From Gracilinanus agilis (taxonomy: Eukaryota): a stretch of DNA of 64,000 nt. The position numbers and the translations under genes are program-made. Numbering within the stretch: position 1 is the first letter of the stretch; each line of letters starts with the position of its first letter. The stretch covers positions 88,677,392 through 88,741,391 of the forward strand of contig NC_058132.1 of the NCBI RefSeq assembly GCF_016433145.1, in the 5' to 3' direction. Below the pieces are notes generated by a model. It did no database searches. It was not told where the DNA came from and was given only the letters and a program-made list of their open reading frames with translations. Below, piece by piece: positions 60,755 through 64,000 of this stretch.

Positions 60755-61740
60755 GTCCATTATATGGCTAAGTGAATAGAGCACTGAGCCTGGAGTCAGG
60801 AAGATCTGATTTCAATCTGGCATCAGGATAGTTATGAGGGATTTAAAACAAAAGTGGTAGTGGGAATTGCAGAAACAATACCTACTCTATCTTGTAACTC
60901 AGTTCTGGAACAACTTCATTTCCCTTTCGATCCATTTATGCATCTAGTCCAATTTCTGCCTTGTAAGAAAACTTTATCCTAGTATGAGAATTGAGACAAA
61001 ACTTCATTGCATTGCTCGGACCTAGCCCTACATGGATGAAAAACTGACTCACTTCTATCTGTTGCTTAGAGTCCCTTTACTAACCTAGTCAGATCCAAAG
61101 ACTGATGCAAGGAGCTTTCTCACACTTATACAGCTTGAGCATCCTGTGTGTCTCATCTGAAAATTGGCCATGTACTAGCCAATTAATCATTATTTCCATA
61201 TTCCTTTGATTGAATACAGACACTTAGGGACTAAAGGGGACACTTCTTCTTCTGATTTCAAGCCATTGTATCTATTCCTGATATTTCCTCTAATTAGAAA
61301 TTAGAATAGATCATTTTGTGTCCTGGTTAGTATCCTGATAATTGTTTTCTTTTATTAATTAGTATTATGTGAAGAACTGCTTTTAATGCATAAAGATTTG
61401 TTTTCCACTATATTTGGGATCCAGTGTCAAAGCTAAGGAGGGCTGTCCCTGATTTGTTATGTAATTGGCATGTGTTACTTAATAAATCAATACACTCAAA
61501 AACTCATACTTTTGCTCCTCAGTCATTTCATCTTTCATTTACTACACTTACTAGTTCTGGGATCCTGGGCAAGTCATTTATTTAACCTCTGATTCTCTCA
61601 ATTTCCTCAATGGTAAAATTATGGTAATAAAAGTACCTACATCATAGGTCTGTTGTTAGTATCAAATGATGTAATATTTGTAACAAGTTTAGCACAATAC
61701 ATAGTATTTAGTTGACACTTTATAAATATTTTTTCCTTTC
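60755..61740 (+). mobile_element. MIR split by an LTR-like insert (about 60827-61546)
   Basis: MIR head (gaatagagcactgagcctggagtcaggaagatctg..tctggcatcag) resumes at cacttactag..ctgggcaagtca. The insert has cataaa (61390) and AATAAA (61481). Confidence 0.5.
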
Positions 61741-62229
61741 CTTTCATTCATCAGGAGAGTTTGGCAGACCAAATTGAAGAATTTTAGGAGTCAGTCCTTT
61801 TTTCAGAAATATCAGTGTTAGGAAAAACACATGTACATGGGAGAGATTTTTATCATGCATCTCCCTGAACATCTTGGTTCAAAATACTATTCATGGGATT
61901 TTAAGCATGAAAGTAACAATATTGAATAGGTAAGAAAATATATTAGTTAAATTTCAATTTGTCAGAGTCCTATGAAGTTTCTCTTACTGTATTAGCTTTA
62001 TTCTAAAGTAAAGCAAAAACTCACTGGGCTAGTTTCAGGGTCTGATTCCCATTATCTGGGATTGGAGGGGATGCTGCAGTACAATAAAGAATACAGGAGT
62101 GGTAGAGATAAAATATGAGGGTTCACACTTAGAGGCTACTTTATTATTCTTTGAATTAATTAATGTTTAATGCATGATTAAATTTGTTTATGTTCAGGAA
62201 ATGTTTTCTAGGGTTGAAAGCAGCCACTT

Positions 62230-62680
62230 TCCTCAAAACAATCAGTAAAACCTTCTTGAGAATTAGAAAGAATTTAGATTCAGGGGTTAGAAGACTTATT
62301 TTTAATTCTCCATTAACTTGCTGGGTGATCCTGGGGCAAATCCTAATATCTCTGAGCTTCCGTTTCTTAATTTGTAAAATGAAAGCTTAATAGTAGAAAC
62401 TCACAAGTATCCATTTGATATATTTGAATCTGAAGGCATACCCAGAGTGCTAAGCCTGAATCAAGAAGATCTGAGTTCAGATATTGTTTTGAACTCTCAC
62501 AATCTATGTATACCTAAGTAAGTCATTTCACCTGGGCTAATTCAGTTTCTGCATGTGTAAAACGGGGATAATAAAAATTATTTCTCAGAGTTTTTGTGAG
62601 GATGAAGTGAAATAATAATTATAAAGCATTAGGACATCTTCTGGTTCATAGTAAGTACTATTAAAACATTAATTATTTTA
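62230..62680 (+). mobile_element. Two MIR fragments
   Basis: ctgggtgatcctggggcaaatc..ctctgagcttccgtttc..tgtaaaatg; and agcctgaatcaagaagatctgagttcag..aagtcatttcacc..tcagtttctgcatgtgtaaaacgggg. Confidence 0.65.
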
Positions 62681-62899
62681 TTATTATTACTGGAAAACTG
62701 AAAAGGAAGTTGGCTAAAATTAGATTGAGATCAAAATCATACATAATAAACCCTAATAAGGTCTAAAGAGACAATGCAAGTTAAATGCAAGGCTCATATT
62801 GTTGATATTGTCATTTATATAGAATTAATATAAGTACTTTTTGCAACTATGGACAGAGACAAATTAAATCAGGAAGAAGAGTGACAAAAGTATATAAAT

Positions 62900-63750
62900 G
62901 CAACTTTCTAATATTTTATATAGACAAAATTAGTACAGAATAAAAAAGAAATTATCTCATAGGGGAAAATCCTCATATTAGTTTTTTTTAAATAATGGTC
63001 AGCTATACAATGTATCTGTGGCATTGATTTGGCTCTTTAAGAATGAGAACTATATCCCAAAAACAAATGGTCAAAGAAGAGAAATAGTCTTTTTGTCAAA
63101 GAAGAAATATAAACTGTCAACCTAAAGAAAGAATACTCGAATGTACTTATAAATGTAAGTAAAATTGAAACAATTATGATTGTTCTGGAACCTATCAGAT
63201 TGGGAAAAAGAAAAATAAATAATTTTGGAAAGGTAGGCTCACATACTCCAAGCAGGGATAATGAAAGAGACTGCTATACTGGAAAATATTTTGGAACAAC
63301 TACATACACCAGAACGATTACCAAATGCTCTTAACTCAGCAATAATACTATTGGACATTCCCAAAGGAATTCAGAATAGAGATGATTGATTGCAAAATAT
63401 GTATAAAACAATTTTGTGGGGGTAGAAAAAACCTGAAAATAAATTGGGTGTTCATCAATTGTTGAAAAATGAATAAATCAAGCTGTTGTAAGAAATTATG
63501 AATATTAGGAATTCAGAGACCTTACGAATCATTCAGAGCAATGTAAGTAGATTTAGTTGAACATTTATGAATTAACCACTACAATGTACATCAACAAACA
63601 TGAAAGGAAAATAACAGAATTGTGATCATTGTCATTATAAGTCTTGATTCCAAAAGTAGAATATATCTCTGACTTCTTATCATTGATATAAGTGACAGAT
63701 CAAATATGCATATACAAGCTTAAACACACATCCACACACTTAAAGAGATA
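62900..63750 (+). mobile_element. Highly diverged L1 ORF2 C-terminal fragment
   Basis: aaatggtcaaagaaga.aaatag..caaagaagaaatataaactg..cctatcagattgg..ctcagcaataatactattgg..gggtgttcatcaattg. Confidence 0.55.
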
Positions 63751-64000
63751 TAAAATCATTTTGGAAATAATTGTTCCATTTTTGAAATAAGCAAATATGT
63801 AATTTCAAATATGAAAATCAACTTTTACAAGACGCAGAATGTATTCCTAGAGACAAATTTGAAGTGTAAATTTTACAGGGTATCAAACTGAATCATTTTA
63901 TGTTTAGTCTGTGTAGTACATGATTTCATTTTTTCTTTTTATTTGTAGTGTATTTCACGTAAAAATTGAAAGGTTTTTTGAAAACCTAAACCTCCTCTGC

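Noticed and set aside
1-64000. Class I OR enhancer (J element) motif AAACTTTTC, globin exons, CRISPR-like arrays or prokaryotic systems
   Set aside because: None seen on reading either strand. This was a visual scan, so short motifs could have been missed.

Overview
AT-rich, repeat-dense marsupial genomic DNA, most likely opossum (Monodelphis-type SINE1_Mdo, MAR1, L1 and RTE elements; the species is inferred), from a class I olfactory receptor cluster. There are four intact single-exon OR coding regions, all on +: one OR56A-like (7524-8474) and three OR51V1-like (23558-24502, 39291-40235, 59741-60685). The first two OR51V genes lie in a head-to-tail tandem duplication (about 20100-35961 and 35962-50049). 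Their flanks differ by roughly 13% in a sampled block, while their CDSs differ at only 20 of 945 nt. Six of those differences cluster in 26 bp and change the residues aligned to OR51E2 F155 (4.57) and L158 (4.60), which set fatty-acid chain-length selectivity. Copy-specific insertions can be checked against empty sites in the other copy: a young SINE, a 5'-inverted L1 and a hAT MITE carrying a strong CTCF motif, plus an L1-associated 1.5 kb deletion. The rest is L1/L2/L3/RTE fragments, CORE-SINEs, solo LTRs, a 35-nt U2 snRNA retrocopy, microsatellites and two N gaps. I found no new gene family or prokaryotic-type system. All counts were made by hand, and repeat family names are from memory, not from a database search.
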